Source of the DNA: Selaginella moellendorffii
Lineage: Eukaryota > Plantae > Lycopodiophyta
DNA length: 64,000 bases
Direction of reading: 5' to 3'
Assembly: GCF_000143415.4 (NCBI RefSeq)
Contig: NW_003314383.1
Span: forward strand, 328,145 to 392,144
Within the stretch, counting starts at the first letter, position 1. Each line of letters opens with the position of its first letter. Of the stretch, positions 63,044 to 64,000 are shown piece by piece. The notes under the pieces were generated by a model. It ran no database searches. It was not told the origin of the DNA and was given only the letters and a program-made list of their open reading frames with translations. The position numbers were made by a program, and so were the translations under genes.

Positions 63044-64000
63044 ATTGTCTTCTTTACCCATGTTCAAAAGTGATTGTCAAACTTATATTCCATCCCTTTC
63101 ATTTCTAAAATTGGAGGTGTCAATAGAAGCTTAAACACAACATGTTTGTCATAGCTCAATGGAAGCTCCTCTACCCTCTTTACTCGAGACTTAGCATATC
63201 TTTTAGTATACATCTTTGTTTAATTCTTTTGATGATTGAGACAAATTTTTTTTCCTCCTTCCTTGTTTATGAGATGAATTGGATGTCTTCATTTGTCATC
63301 GTCATTCATGATGACCTCTTTTTTAATGATTTTCTTAAAAGTTACATAGATGATTGTAGAGTTAGTGGGAGGTTCATCAATAGGAACCTTAGTGTATGTG
63401 TTGAACATCAAGAAGGGTGAGATCATCACTATTGAACCCCTCAATAGCTACTCTATAATATTGACTTAGGAGTCATCATCCCTCTTGAGCTTGTGGCAGA
63501 TTTCTTTGGATGTCAAGTGAATGTAGTTAGGCCTCTACATAAAGAACATAAAATTCTCTTTGTCATAGAAAAACATAAATACTGTGTTATGAAAACTATG
63601 TTTTTTTGTTTATAAAAAAAAAGATCATCAGAAATTCTTTGAACACTGAATCTTAAAACAACTGCAAATTATTCCAAAGAATCTGGTGCATTTCCAAGAA
63701 AGATTCCCATTAGATACCAATTCTTTTATTGCAAAAGATTTAATACATTTGGTGGGAGGAATCAAATTCTAATATAGTGCAGCTCAATTTAGGTGAGGGT
63801 TAGGTTTGTGGTAAGACACTTGAGTTCATAGATTTATGTAGGAATGATCACTCGTGTTTGACAGATAAATGAAGAGCATATGATCCTTACACATCACCAT
63901 AGGATACACAAAGATGCTAGAAGAAAGCAAGGTTCAAAAGTGACGGCAAATAGTGGAACTAGCATAGTAGATGCACTAGCTAATCCTAAAAACAATATGG

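Overview
Compact, intron-rich land-plant nuclear DNA. The tiny introns and the style of the PPR genes suggest a lycophyte such as Selaginella; this is an inference. The left ~38 kb is gene-dense. It holds a CRINKLY4-related receptor (pseudo)kinase, aconitase, F2KP, a decayed nuclease+kinase (Crinkler-like) gene, a TPR-SET pseudogene, a PLS-class PPR, RECQL3, a GCK protein, two IDA/PIP-like secreted peptide genes interleaved with tRNA-Pro and tRNA-Ile clusters, phosphatidylserine decarboxylase, a DOMON-cytochrome b561, and PPR and retroelement debris. The right part is a nested transposon complex. A complete chromodomain Ty3/gypsy element (40550-63043, TSD ATTGT) carries a solo LTR in gag and a 14.1-kb TIR DNA transposon in its 5' LTR (41189-55337, 24-bp TIRs, TSD TCAT). 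That transposon is the most interesting object in the window. It encodes a Sola3-like transposase and, divergently, a multi-exon cargo gene with a ParB-like domain, a degenerate DNA amino-methyltransferase-like domain and an FCP1-type HAD domain. It also carries roughly 30 copies of a 22-bp palindrome (ATGGCRTGNGGCCNCAYGCCAT) that I did not see outside the element. This suggests a self-recognition (parS-like or anti-silencing) system. All domain calls are motif recognition by eye; no database search was run.
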